Shown piece after piece: positions 12,885-25,962 of a stretch of DNA of 64,000 bases. The DNA comes from Albugo candida. Lineage: Eukaryota. Under the pieces are notes generated by a model. That model searched no databases, was not told where the DNA came from, and saw nothing but the letters and a program-made list of their open reading frames with translations. The DNA is taken from contig JBDOQK010000023.1 in the NCBI GenBank assembly GCA_040437565.1, forward strand, positions 1 to 64,000, given 5' to 3'. The position numbers and the translations under genes were made by a program. Each line of letters opens with the position of its first letter. Position 1 is the stretch's first letter.

Positions 12885-13452
12885 GGGAACCGTTAAAATC
12901 CCCTCAGTTTGATATGATAGGCTGGTTTTATGTTCCTCAGTTTAATATGACTGGCTAAGTATTAGGTGCTTCAGCTACTGCGAGTCGAACCAGTATCTCT
13001 GCAACTGCGTGGGTGGCCATCTGGATCGACCCGAAGGAATCAACCATCTGCATCACCGACGCAAAGAATTCTTCGCAATTTGAGCTCTTCGCAGCAGCCC
13101 TGGATGCACCCATGCAAAGAAGATCTGGCCGTTCATGAGGGTAGGACACAATGCACGAAGATGTAAAAGTGCAACAACAGGACCCACAGGACTCAGTTTA
13201 CAAAATCATATATTTTTGTGTTATGAACAAACCGTGAAATATAAAATAGTATAAAAAGATTGATCACAAACGAACGAAGGCGAACGCGAAGTAAACCAAA
13301 TGATTGCGAATAGAGCGCAAAATAGTTGACGTCGAAAAGGAGCGGGCAGTTGGATCATTTTATCGTATTGCCCCTTACCTAGGCGTACGTTAGTACCATG
13401 GAAGCATAAAATTAGAAAATCATAATAAACTGAGGGGCTTTTACCGGTTCCC
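12885..13452. mobile_element. 568-bp non-autonomous TIR element (MITE), PIF/Harbinger (Tourist)-like
   Basis: Left end gggaaccgttaaaatcccctcagttt vs reverse complement of right end gggaaccggtaaaagcccctcagttt (24/26). Flanked by TTA at 12882-12884 and 13453-13455. Confidence 0.85.
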
Positions 13453-13819
13453 TTAATTTATATGTCTATAATAGTTTGTAAACTGGCTGATCGAGTAGGA
13501 ATTACCTGTATTGCGTGTTACTCCCATGACTAAACAGGAGTTCCGGTCCTTATAGACGTGTTGCCGGTCGCCCTCTTACTTGGTATATCGACGAGCCGAG
13601 TCATTCGGACAAATGACGCTGTAACCAGTCGCTGTGATGTAAGTTTGATTACACTTCAAATTCAGTGAGACTGTTGGTAGTTTATAAAAGGCTTCCAGGT
13701 CGGTACGATTGTGGAGATGTATCGTTAAAATACAGTCTTTTGACTGTCTCATAAACACCAAAGCATATCCCAGTACTTGGTGTGATAGTAATCGTGCGAC
13801 ATAATGCATATTTCACAAT

Positions 13820-14695
13820 CCTCGAATTCCTTCTTGGTGTACCGTTTTCCTACACAATTTCAGAAAGCCGAGTATGATTTTTGATCTCCTTGTGTTATGA
13901 GCCGAACTATCACAATATTCAATAGATTAACGGTAGATGCAGCCATACCACCGGCGATCGATCCGAACGCTTTAGACTTGAAACTAGAGAGCGTACTATC
14001 CGAGCTTGCACCTGTACGCACCCGCCATTGCTGTTTTAATGAAAACGCAGAGAAGAATGTATCAACACTCATATACGCCCAATAACCCGCATACAAGCTT
14101 CGAAGTCCTTCACGCTGCAAAATGGAGTGAATCGCATGCCTCGTATTTCGAGAATTGTTTGATCTCGTAACGATTACTCTCGTCGCATTCGCGGATTCCA
14201 GCTAATTGCATTCTACTTTTACCACTTCCGCTGGTACGATTATGCTCGAAATTTCCAGCTCGCTACCGGCTCCTGCTATGAAGTAAACTTTTCCGGTGTG
14301 TGCTTTTAAAATAGATTACTGTTCCAAAGTTTGTTTCAGATATTGGTACGTTTCAAAGTAGAACGCAGCGCTTATTAGTGAGAGGGTCATTGTCGTTCCT
14401 AAACCTACAAAGAGTCCACGAAATCCTTTTGCTACTTTCTGTGATCTTCCAGTATAGATATGTTAGTGACCTTACCTTCCCGTGCGATTCTAAGCACTAC
14501 TTTGGATAAGCGAATTTTATTTTCCACTTGCAATTTGATTCGAATATTAAGTGTGTCGAAAATTGGCAAAACGGAGTCAGAAATGACACCAGCAAAGGCT
14601 CCTGGCACAAAAGCAGTAGCTAAATACGTAGTGCCTTATTCATGATAGTGAGAGAACGCGTCTGGATGTGCGTAAGAAGCTTTAAGAATTGACAT
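13820..14695 (-). pseudogene. Mitochondrial carrier (SLC25 family) pseudogene
   Basis: GAFAGVISDSVLPIFDTLNIRIKLQ (degenerate PxDxxKxRxQ), REGLRSLYAG, AFGSIAGGMAASTVNLLNIVIVRLITQG. In-frame stop shortly after the ATG at 14695, plus frameshifts. Confidence 0.8.
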
Positions 14696-15089
14696 TGAGA
14701 CCGATGGAAGCGGAGAGGTCACCGTATCTAGTCACGATAGTGGCTAGATGCTTTATGTTGTCATATTTCTGAAACCTCTTGAGGCGATCATTTTCGACGT
14801 TTTGAGATTCCCAAAGCCTCGTAGAATTGATTCATGTCATTGTTCACTGATGAATTACTGTTTGCTTAATTCTTATTTGATTTGGTTGTTATTGAGCGTG
14901 ATGATCGAAGCTCAAAGTCTAACGACTCTGCGAGGTATTTTGCACTCTCATTAGTAGTATACATCTGATTATCACGATACTCCGCTTTGGTCTCTAACTT
15001 GAGTTCTACATCCACTCCGTCCTTTGCGATTTCCTCTGCAAGAATTGAGCTTTTTCATTGTTTCTGGGAACCTGAGATTGAAAAAGATA

Positions 15090-16140
15090 CTACAGGAGAC
15101 CAGCGCCGTTCGAAAGCCAATCTTGCATCATGGAAATATTTCTAAGAAGCTTTATGCGGCTCGATACGAGTAGTTTTTGAAGATGCTGTATTTCGGCTTT
15201 AATCTCACTGAGCTGACTAAAATCTTGTTTGTATTGCGCCTTATATGTGTCAATTTCTTCTTTTATGTTGTTGTTTCGCCTGTAGCGAGGAAACACTCGA
15301 AGTCGTACTATCGGCGCTTACAAGTCCTTCATGTGCAATGGCTATTTGATTTAGTAGCTTCTCTATGGATGCTTTAAGACATTTTATCTGATTACAAGCT
15401 TCATTGACGTGAGAAGCAAGCTCTTTCGCTTCATCGTACTTCTTTTTCAGTAAAACTTCTTGCACCGAATCGCGTCATTATTCGGATAATGCACTTTTAT
15501 GCTTCGTATGCTTTAGCAGGATCGTTCAGTATCGCAATATCAGGACGATACGAGTTTTTCTGCTTCCGCTGGACTCTTTTTAAAAACTTTGGCGCCTTGT
15601 GCTCATCCTTGTGCCTGCATAGCCCACTTTTCATCCAGCTGCCGAGCTGCTGCTCCTGAATCTTGTTCTCTAATCATGTATACCATTATGGTGATTTCAT
15701 TGTCTCGCTGTCACACTAGCTGCTCGAACTCCTCGAGGCTTCCTAGAAACTCCTAATTCAGTTGATTTTAGTCCTAAAAACTTTTACGGGAGCACCGGCT
15801 TCAAATAAGAACTCAAATAACTTGTGCCTTTCGCCAGGATTTCCAAACACGTTCTCATTTTTGCATACGTGAATTCCTCATAAAAAACGTGCATCTGACG
15901 CTGTATCATTTACAAATTCTTCCCACCATACATACGATTTTTCGCGTTCATGGGTCTTCGATTCTCCTCTTCTTTTTACGCTCCAAAATGATCTAAATAA
16001 GATGGGACTCAACAACGATCTGAAATCATTAGTACGCACCATATCCCCACGCGGATTCGATAATTCTTCTTTGTAGTGAGGCAGCTGAGCTTTCAGCTTA
16101 CAAATGACGACATGCGGATCCAATTCCTCATTGAAGAGAA
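15090..16140 (-). pseudogene. Kinesin-9 (KIF6-like) neck/tail pseudogene fragment; motor domain not seen
   Basis: NEELDPHVVICKLKAQL, QRDNEITIMV, LKKKYDEAKELASHVNEACNQI and YKQDFSQLSEIKAEIQHLQKLL match remembered KIF6 coiled-coil segments. Split across frames with stops. Confidence 0.7.
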
Positions 16141-17716
16141 GTGTCAGACGATACCGGTCTCTGATAGGTCGTCAACGGCTTGAGTTTCAACTGCATGACC
16201 ATTACAGGTTAAGTCTGACCTCACCTGAACGGCTGTTTGGTGACAACATGATAGATGGGATGAGTAGAGACGCTCACCACCTGGGTCCAGACGTACGTCA
16301 TGTGAAACGAGACTTAGTCAAGTTTGTAAAGGCGTTGCACATGCATGTTGTAGTATTGGCAAACAAGCTTGATGCTAGGTATATTTTACTTCTACTTAAC
16401 AAGTGCATATCGAATACTTTCAACGAATACTTTCAGCAAAGTTTGTTCACTATATCTGTACGAACAGAGAATGCATTCATATGGAGCTTCCAAATGCTGG
16501 TACTCATATGGGATTCTCGCTGGCAGTTCTTCTTTGACACCGTATTGGCTCATCGCAACAAGTACAATAGATTTCGTCGAGCATATCTTCGATAATTTTC
16601 GAAATTTCATCAGCTCTGGTATAGCTGCGACAAGCATTCATACAAGAAGATGTCATTCAAACCCTACCATATGATGTACTCTGTACAAGTAAATTTTGGA
16701 TCAATCCACATAACCTGTATGAGTGTAGGCTGCGTTGATTACTCATAAATGTGAAAGGGAAGGTGATGAGAGAAAATGGAATGACAAAGACGGATGAAAC
16801 CAGTAAAATTCTATACAGATGCTTTACAACTCATAAGCTGGATGATACTGAATGNNNNNNNNNNNNNNNNNNNNNNNNNNNNNNNNNNNNNNNNNNNNNN
16901 NNNNNNNNNNNNNNNNNNNNNNNNNNNNNNNNNNNNNNNNNNNNNNNNNNNNNNTCAGCTTACAAATGACGACATGCGGATCCAATTCCTCATTGAAGAG
17001 AAGTGTCAGACGATACCGGTCTCTGATAGGTCGTCAACGGCTTGAGTTTCAACTGCATGACCATTACAGGTTAAGTCTGACCTCACCTGAACGGCTGTTT
17101 GGTGACAACATGATAGATGGGATGAGTAGAGACGCTCACCACCTGGGTCCAGACGTACGTCATGTGAAACGAGACTTAGTCAAGTTTGTAAAGGCGTTGC
17201 ACATGCATGTTGTAGTATTGGCAAACAAGCTTGATGCTAGGTATATTTTACTTCTACTTAACAAGTGCATATCGAATACTTTCAACGAATACTTTCAGCA
17301 AAGTTTGTTCACTATATCTGTACGAACAGAGAATGCATTCATATGGAGCTTCCAAATGCTGGTACTCATATGGGATTCTCGCTGGCAGTTCTTCTTTGAC
17401 ACCGTATTGGCTCATCGCAACAAGTACAATAGATTTCGTCGAGCATATCTTCGATAATTTTCGAAATTTCATCAGCTCTGGTATAGCTGCGACAAGCATT
17501 CATACAAGAAGATGTCATTCAAACCCTACCATATGATGTACTCTGTACAAGTAAATTTTGGATCAATCCACATAACCTGTATGAGTGTAGGCTGCGTTGA
17601 TTACTCATAAATGTGAAAGGGAAGGTGATGAGAGAAAATGGAATGACAAAGACGGATGAAACCAGTAAAATTCTATACAGATGCTTTACAACTCATAAGC
17701 TGGATGATACTGAATG
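16093..17716. other. Gap-flanking exact duplication (762 bp), probable assembly artefact
   Basis: 16093-16854 equals 16955-17716, separated by exactly 100 N. Confidence 0.85.
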
Positions 17717-18109
17717 GAAAAGCAATCTGCTCATATTCTGTTAAAGGACATTTCACTAGCAGGCTACCTACTCTTTTTGCACTGTAAGTACCATACGAAA
17801 CGCTATCATCCAGTATGCATTTCAGAATTATTGGTCACGAATCATCTCACCGACCTATTGATCGAGTATCAGCTTACCATACTCGTAGTGATTGAGCATG
17901 CGACCGTATCTCGAGTCAGATAAAGTACATCGGATCAGGAAGTACTAAATTTAGTATGTCAACAGGTTCTGCCTTTTCACAACCCCAATCTCACAAATGC
18001 ACAGCCTTTTCGCGCACCTTGGCGTCTTATTTCATTCAAGTGCCGGGATGTGATAAAGATATTATGTGTTTTTATTCACGATATTGCCTACAACCTCACC
18101 CTTTTGCTT

Positions 18110-21100
18110 TCCCTATATGCTGCCATCCGTCAAGGTGCATGAAAATTTCAATTGCAGCATGATAAAAGTATTTATACAGTCTACGAAGGAAGCCTGATCA
18201 CCTCACTGTGATGAAAGTCATTATTAATATGATAAGCTCCAGTTGATCCTGGAATCCAAAAGCCTCTAAGATCTTGGAATATTGTTCAAATAGTTTTTGA
18301 TGGCTTGACAAACGGCTGAAATGTCATTCTCTTCTGGCATTGCACACTTATAAGGATAGAATTTCTGAAAATTCTCAAAGCCAGTTGAATGAAAAACTAC
18401 ATCTCTGACAAGCATTGTGGCAGCTCACATATGCTTATGTCTCCGCTGTCACATCACGCTCCACTAAATGAGCAAGTTTTTCAAATATTGTGATGTTGGC
18501 TGATGATATGTTGCGTCTTTTGGCCAAAAACAATAATAAAGTGGTATCTTCGTACAAGGAGTTTGCTTGCATATCCAAAAAGCTGCAGTCAAGTCTTCCG
18601 GTATCAGTTCATGCAGACGTCCCAGTTTTCAAAGTAGCTTTCACGATGCACGTCTGTATGAGTATTCTGCTATATGCAAATCAATAATACATGAATCCCT
18701 AGTAAAGGCATTTTTGCTGCAGCTTCTCGAAATAAGTGTCATTTCCCATTCACTTTGAAGCGCAAACTAAGATGTCATCCCCTTATCAGTATAAATTTGG
18801 AAACATTTGACAATAATGGAATCAGCTTTTGAAAAACGGATACTGAGAAAGCTTTCGGGCCTCAGAAATAGCATTCTTGTTTGTCACGATCGAGAAGTTC
18901 AGTGAGACGATCAGACTGACCACATAGATGATGCAAGCGAGAAGCACTCTATTATTAGCCTCCATACTCAGCATTACTACAATACACCCGTCATTTATAG
19001 TGCCAATCTACTTGTCTGTACTCGTACCCTACCTCAATGAGTTCTTCCTTGTGCCCGTCTGTCACGAAAAATACGTGTGAATGAAATCTCATGTAGATTC
19101 GTGTTCCCTGCATATAAAAATGTGAGCAGCTCGGCAATAAACCACGTCGCCATCATCTCCGTGATTTATTGCGCTATCGTGATGAAAAATAACTGCGATA
19201 GCGCTGAGAGAGATGTGATTATCTCGCCTATGCAGATGCTATCGACGATTATATTAGCGGTCAGTTTCTTACAGAAAATGTCAGCGCAATTCGTAGCACT
19301 TCCGATTATGGTATGCAAGATGATAATTTGCACTCTTCCTATACATCGCCGTACTGATATAAGTATTGTTGTCTTATCATGAAAATTGAGCATGCTGTCT
19401 TCAGTAAACCACATTTCTTTAGCAGCGCGATCCAGCTTAATGCATTTTTTGATCTCGCCATTGTATCTTTACTTTTCCTATGAAACATTACACTTCTTAA
19501 GTAACCATTGGGATTGCGAAGATGTGAGTCCTGCGTTTTAGGAGCTCAGCATATTACCTTTTGGCTTGTTCACGAAGTGATTAGCATCTTTTGTGTTGGC
19601 AGGTGAGCGAAGACGGTCGCGTTCCAGGAAAATTGCCAAAACTGAGGTTTTATATCAGAAAAGGGGACCAGTAGAAGCCCCCAGTTCTCGCTAACCAGCT
19701 CCCACCCTCTTAAATACAGCACCCCTAAGTTATGATTGCGAGTTATGAATATTTTATACATCACGAGGTGTAACCGTGAGATTGATATTGCGCATTTGTG
19801 CGACGATACGCGCAGCCGTCAGAATATAACTTGAAATTTGTTGCCGCTCATGGATTTTGAGGGCACGGCATTGTGGATGTACGGCAGCATCTACGAAAGG
19901 CACGTCATTATGCTCAAGTTGATTGGCCTCAACAACCCATGAAACATGTCTCCGTGTCCTAGCATTAGGCAAATTATCAGAGCAGACTGGCAGCCTGTCC
20001 ACGGCTACCGCGTACACGTTTACGCTGCTGCAACTTCCATGTCGAAGCAGCTTAAAGGGTTTCCAACTATCCTTGTTCTTTTGCTTGTAATTACGAAGCC
20101 CTCATCTTGAGATTGACAGGTTGCTGCTAATCTAGCCTCTTCTAAAGTCGCGTAAGTAGTATCGAAGATGTCTTCGAATCGATTCATGGTTGGCAAAACG
20201 GAAGAGTTATGGTATGAAGAAATTTTCCAGCTTTCGCGTTTCGAACGGTCTATCATATATTCTGATGAGGGTACTCTCTTCAGCCAATCATAACTCGTAA
20301 GCATAACTTTGGGGTGCTGTACTCAAGAGGGGTGAGGGCTGGTTAGTGGTTCTCTTAAGAAAATTAAAATCCTAACAAATCGTTAAGACTAAGAACCAAG
20401 TGCGACTAGAAACCTAAAGCACATTCTTTTGTCCTTCCAACATATTGCTCGCATCTTCTTTTGCGCATCTTCGTCTTGATGGAACAGATGATTTTTGATC
20501 CGATCATCATCACCATGATGTCTGACGAGGATCGTCAGTTCTCCCATGTTTAATCGGGAGAAGTCTTTACTACACATTCTACAAACACAACAGAACTGAA
20601 ATAAAGCGTGCTGGTTGATCGAGGCTTTCGATGCTTTACAACGGAATTCCGACGCTCGCTCGAATTAACATCCCCCGCTAAGGAAGCGATCATTCTGATA
20701 CTTACCAGAAAATACAAACGGCGCTATCTGACGGGTTGATTTGGGGGAGAGCCGGACCAAGGAGCGTTGGTCTTTAGACGCAAAATATCTCTATTAGAGT
20801 GGGGTGCACCACACAATGATGACCAGAGAGAAATTGCGTCAAATAGTTGTGCATCAATTGAGAAGCTCATAGCTTCTTCTCGGTTAATGTGCAACTAGAG
20901 CTCTCGATTTCGTAGAGAATGATCAGGATGCTCGGATGGTTCATTCTTGCATGATTCTAGCCATTATTTGGACATTCTATAAACAGATTTTACTCTCAAA
21001 AGGTTCTTTCATCGAAGTCTTTAAAGCTGACGCTACATATATCATTGCCTATTTCACCGCGGAGACCCATGGTTAAAACTTAATCAATAGTCAAATACTA

Positions 21101-24100
21101 TCAAGATAATAAGCTACAGCTGACATGCACGCAACTCAAGTCGAATACATTGATCGTGCTCAATGAAGAGAGCATGATCATCTAGAGCACGTTGCATAGG
21201 ATGAGGTCACGACGGGTCTTTTTAAGCATTAACCCATGTGTTAATCAGGTGTAGTCCAACGTGATCGAGGGGCAAAGTTAGACAGAGAAGTACAGTTTCG
21301 GGAATTATATCATCAAATACGTGTGTGAGTTTTCCTTTGCAGCCTTCATCGGCTTTTTAGTAAGCAGATCGTTCACTTGGTTGTCTCGAGCTTTATTCAT
21401 GTCTTTAAGCATGAGCCTATCCAATGGCCAAACTTTTTGGTACAATTGTAAAAGAAGGCTTTCCTCTTAGCTCATCACAATTACTCAAATCTGATCTCAT
21501 AAAAGTGCTATTTCGATCCGGAATTGATTTTGCATTCTAAAAATTCGCATCTCAATTGCGTCAAGCGATGCATCAGCGGAACCTTTCATTGGTTCCACCG
21601 TGGGACGTCCGTCTGTTGGAGCATGAGGATTCCGTTTGTTGGAATGAGCGCTAGACCAGTCCGCAAATCGAGATTTTCCGAGCTTCACATATCAAAATAT
21701 GAGAAATCAAAGCCGGACTCGCTTCGCAATATGTTACGAAGCTTAGCGGAAACGTTTGTGCGGATGAATATACTAATTCTCGTTTTCATCATATTTTGAC
21801 CGAACTAAACAACTGTTTTAGATACGTTCGATCTGAGATTAAGGTCATGTCCCATTCATCAGAACGGACGCTCACGGATGTCGAGTCTTTATCAGTCCTC
21901 AGCTCCCACGTGCCTCCTTATGCGGGATATACAGTACAGGCTATTAGTTAATTCTCATACGTAAGGCAGCGAGGGTGTTTGGAAAGGGAAACAGTACGAT
22001 TTGTTGTGCTTTTTTTTCTGAAAGAGTTTCTCAACTCCGTGACTAACTTGCAATTAACATGAAAGCATGGATGCTGGGGGAGAAAGCTTGCGGACCAATT
22101 TTCAAGCTTTCTCTCCAATTCGTACTAGAGACATTAGAAGAAGCTCTATCGGAATTTATAAGCAATCGTACCTCTTCCATCTTAGGTTGAGAAGCGACAT
22201 TACGAGCGAAAGTCCGCCAAAGATATCTCCAAAACGGGGCAGAAAGAAAGCTTCTATTTCTATCAATTCAGCTGAGTGAAAACTCGGTTTTACTGGATCT
22301 GATCGAGAACCATGTTTTTCGGAACAATTTTCGATACAGAAAAAAATGAGAATTTCCGTAGTACTCAGAGCGACGGTTATTTGTTTCAAAGTGTTGTTGG
22401 CTGATCATGCAAGAGGTCTTTTGTCTCGCAAACGTCTCAAAAGGTTTCCAGACGCATTAATATTATGCTTCACTCGACTTTGGATGTGCAAAATTGTATG
22501 TGAGAAAGCGTGGAGAAGGTATTACGTGAATAAACAAAATCTCCCTTGAAACTGCTTTTAGCACATATGGACGACCCATCTTGGTAATTTCGCTCCATTT
22601 GTATCCTGTATTGCTTATCCATTACGCCTGCTCCAATTGGTTGCTCTTCCACCCAGATTTTGACGTGGAAACCACGACGTGAGCATTTGCTGCCTTCCAT
22701 CGAAAATCATCTACGATAGATCACTAAAATTACTGACTTGTAGCTTTACGCTTGAGCAGAACGCATCATAATGGGACTACGAATCAATGCGACTGCTCTG
22801 AACAATGTGGAGTGGATGTGGATGTCGTAGCATAGCACATTCCAGCGCTTAAAAGCAATTAGAGAAATCTAGGAAACGGGTTGTTGGCTTCATCAAATGA
22901 AAGGAATGTACATGAACACACCCTATTAGTGTTAAAGCAACTGTAGATCGACTCAGGATTTAGAGGGTCATATGCAGCTACGTGCCTAATTGTAAACTGA
23001 CGAATTATGCGAGTGTCTGTGTCGCGTAGGTCTGGAAACGCAAAGACATACCCTTAAAAAAAATTAATCGTCTTGGTGCCAAACGCGCTGCTTAAGATCT
23101 TTAGAACGAGCAGAATTGATCCACACGTATATCGCTTTCAGTGATGCTGTGAATGCATGACGATCGTTTATTCTTGATAAAGATAAAACGTCTGTTGCCT
23201 TCACTGTGAATTGAATGAGTCTCTCATTCTTGCAAAAGTCGGAAGATATAGCATCTCAAACTGCGGGCATTTATTTCAGCTTGATGCTCGTTTCTCTATC
23301 TATGAGCCCTTCACACCTTTCTCCAAAGTCGAGGTATATAACGAAAAGGTAATCAAGTCTCAACTGAACAAATATATCAATCCTTTTTCCTGTATGTAGA
23401 TCACCTGGACTTTTGGTTGAAGATTCTAGAGATAAAATTGTCTCTCATTTTGATTATTACACACGTGGTCAAGGTACTAGGCGATGAGAAGTTCTTTCCA
23501 ATCAATGCGTTTTCTACAGCTAAGTGTTTGATTGAAAAGCCAAAGATTTGTCGAGCTCATTGCTTGTTTAAGGTAACTGATAATCCAAGCTTTTCGAAAC
23601 AATCTGCATTCGATCTGGAAAGCGGTAACGCTGTAAGAGGCACCAAATTCTTGGAAAGTATCCGATTGTTTCCTTTTCCCTAGAAAATTAGCTAGCTAGC
23701 TGAATCTTCGTTGAGATAGCATGATCATTTAATTTGCTTGCGTCGACTTCGCTACCTGGACTTGCGGTCCTAAGCTGATGCAGGTCCATTTATTTTTTTC
23801 TATTCAATTGCTTTTCTCTATTTTAATATTTAAATTTGAATTGCACTTTCATATTCACAAACTTGATGCTAATCGCTTAGAAATATGTCAAATCACCGAA
23901 ACTAAATTGTCCGCCTAAAAGATTTCTGAGCATATTGATATTGACATTGATATTGACAATGCTAATCTGCTTCAGCTGAGGTGGTCTCTACCTTTTCTTC
24001 AGTCGGGATTTGCTAAAGATCGACGTACCATTCACCGTACCCATGTTTAGTGACATTGACCACCGATCATTCTGGTAACTTAATTACAAAAGTGGCATGC

Positions 24101-24420
24101 AGCACCAAAAGGTCTTGAGGTGGTCACCAGATATCCATAGACTCGAAATTCATAGGAATAGTGTGCAATACTTGAGGCTTTCAAAAATCGACTGATTCAC
24201 ATGCTGCACATGCTACGTTTGACTCCCGATTGATGCATTGTAGAGAAAATTTCGTTCATTGGAAATTATGACTTCCTTATCATATCAATACCATAGCCTT
24301 GATCGATCCCTAAACATCTGGGAATGCATATATTTTTATTGAGCTTGATTGAGCTATCTTGATATCCTCGGCCATTGTGTCAAAATAAACTATATGTATC
24401 ATATCGATCAATCTATCTAA
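18110..24420 (-). pseudogene. Decayed copy 2 of the large orphan gene (paralogue of 1200-6750), interrupted by a MULE-like element
   Basis: Shared blocks, e.g. acgaaggaag.ctgatc (1262/18183), ggatcgtcagttctccca (2584/20529), cggatgtcgagtctt (4487/21875) and the gacatt repeats (6234/23937). Confidence 0.65.
19691..20346 (-). mobile_element. Internally deleted Mutator-like (MULE) element with ~58-bp TIRs and a FAR1-type transposase N-terminal remnant
   Basis: 19691-19748 is an imperfect inverted repeat of 20288-20346. Internal minus-strand frames read YATLEEARLAA..QDEGFVITSKR and WVVEANQLEHND, resembling the FAR1 DNA-binding domain. Absent from paralogue copy 1. No TSD recognised. Confidence 0.7.
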
Positions 24421-24447
24421 ATCTGTATCTGCCAACTCGTCTTTGGC

Positions 24448-25959
24448 ACCCATCATTCGTTGCGCTAGCAATTGCACCCTGATTGTCCTCATACACAGTA
24501 ATTGCGGACTCTTGCTACAGTCCCAATTCATCCAGAACACTCTTGATCCATGTGACCTCTTGTACACAAAGAGATAGCGCAACATATTCTGCTTCGGCGG
24601 TACTCAAAGCAACAAGTCAATGTAATGTTGACTTGCAAATGACAGGAGATCCAGTAATCATAACCATGATCCCTGACATTGATCAACGATTTTTTTTGGA
24701 TACAACCCAATCCGCGTCGCTATGCGCACAAATTTGTAGATATGGGCCAGATCGAAACCAAATTCCACTTGATTTTGTTTTCTTTAGATATCGCAGCGCT
24801 CGATTCTAATGTTCCTCAGTTGGGTTAGATGTCGACTTAGCTGACACACAGCAAATATAATTTTAGGTCTTTTCCCATTCGCAATGTACAGTAATGATCT
24901 AACCAACGACCGGAAAGGTCATTCCTTCATCCGTGGGTCTTTCGTCTCACTTTTCGTCAATGACTGACCCACAACTTCTGGGTGTATACTGGCTTCGAGT
25001 CGACTTGATTGAACTTTTAGATCCTTCTCGAAATGTCAGCTGCCTGCGAGATCTTCATCATTCTCTTACGTTGGCTATACTCAGCTTCCATGCCAAGGAT
25101 GTATCTCACTTGATCATATGTCTTGAGTGAAATTCGTTCTCCAATTGGAACGCGATGTTGTTAATCACTCCAAGACCTTTTGCTGCTATCAATAGATCGT
25201 CAAACTACAAAACAATGTACGTGAACTCATGTTCCGCATGTCGAACAAAGATGCAAGAATACGTCCTGCATCGAATCAATCCTAGCTTTATCTCAAATGA
25301 ATTTTAAATCATCTTGTACCATGTGACAGCTGCTTTTCTTTAGGCCATCTGAACTTCGGTTCAACTTGAAAACATGGCTCGGTTGAACCGATACTCCTTC
25401 CGGTGGCCAAATGAATACGTCTTCTTCCAGTACCATTAAGAAATGCCGTATACACATCATATTGCTGCGCATGATAGCCTCGGTGATAGCACACAGTCTA
25501 GAATACACGAATTGGATCCAAACTTGCAACAGGAGAGTACGTGCCAAAGTAGTCTACACCAGGAGTTGTCTATAGCGTAGTGCAACGAGGCTTGCTTCAA
25601 AACGTAGGATTTCTCCTTTTTCATTCTCCTTGATTGAAAAAAATCACTTGGTGCCGATCACTTTCTGACTTTGTTGAGTGTTTTACCACGGTCCAAGTTG
25701 ACTTTTCCTCCAAAGCTGCCAATTTTACTTTGATAGCTTCAAACCCCTGCTCCACTTCAAGCAATTTCTGTACACCATGATAGCAACTTGGTACTTCCAA
25801 CGCTTCATTAACTTCTTCATCTTCGATTATGTATCGTTTCTTCAGTCGTCCAGTACCTTCAACTGAATCGCTCTGATAAGGGACGATAGAGCTTGAGGGA
25901 CCAGCGTCCAAGACTGGTAATTGCGGCTTGAGAGTCTTTTGGAACAGTTGAGAATTCAA
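24448..25959 (-). mobile_element. Degenerate Ty1/Copia pol (RT plus first part of RNase H)
   Basis: ALEEKSTWTVV, QYDVYTAFLNG, LEEDVFIWPPEG, *FDDLLI (YVDD), RSLVRSLLYIA..RP, SDADW, ALSTAEAEYVALS, VYEDNQGAI; many stops and frameshifts. Confidence 0.92.
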
Positions 25960-25962
25960 TAG

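Noticed and set aside
16093-17716. Duplicated 163-aa gene
   Set aside because: An exact gap-flanking duplication; the ORF has no recognisable domain and partly overlaps the KIF6 remnant on the other strand.
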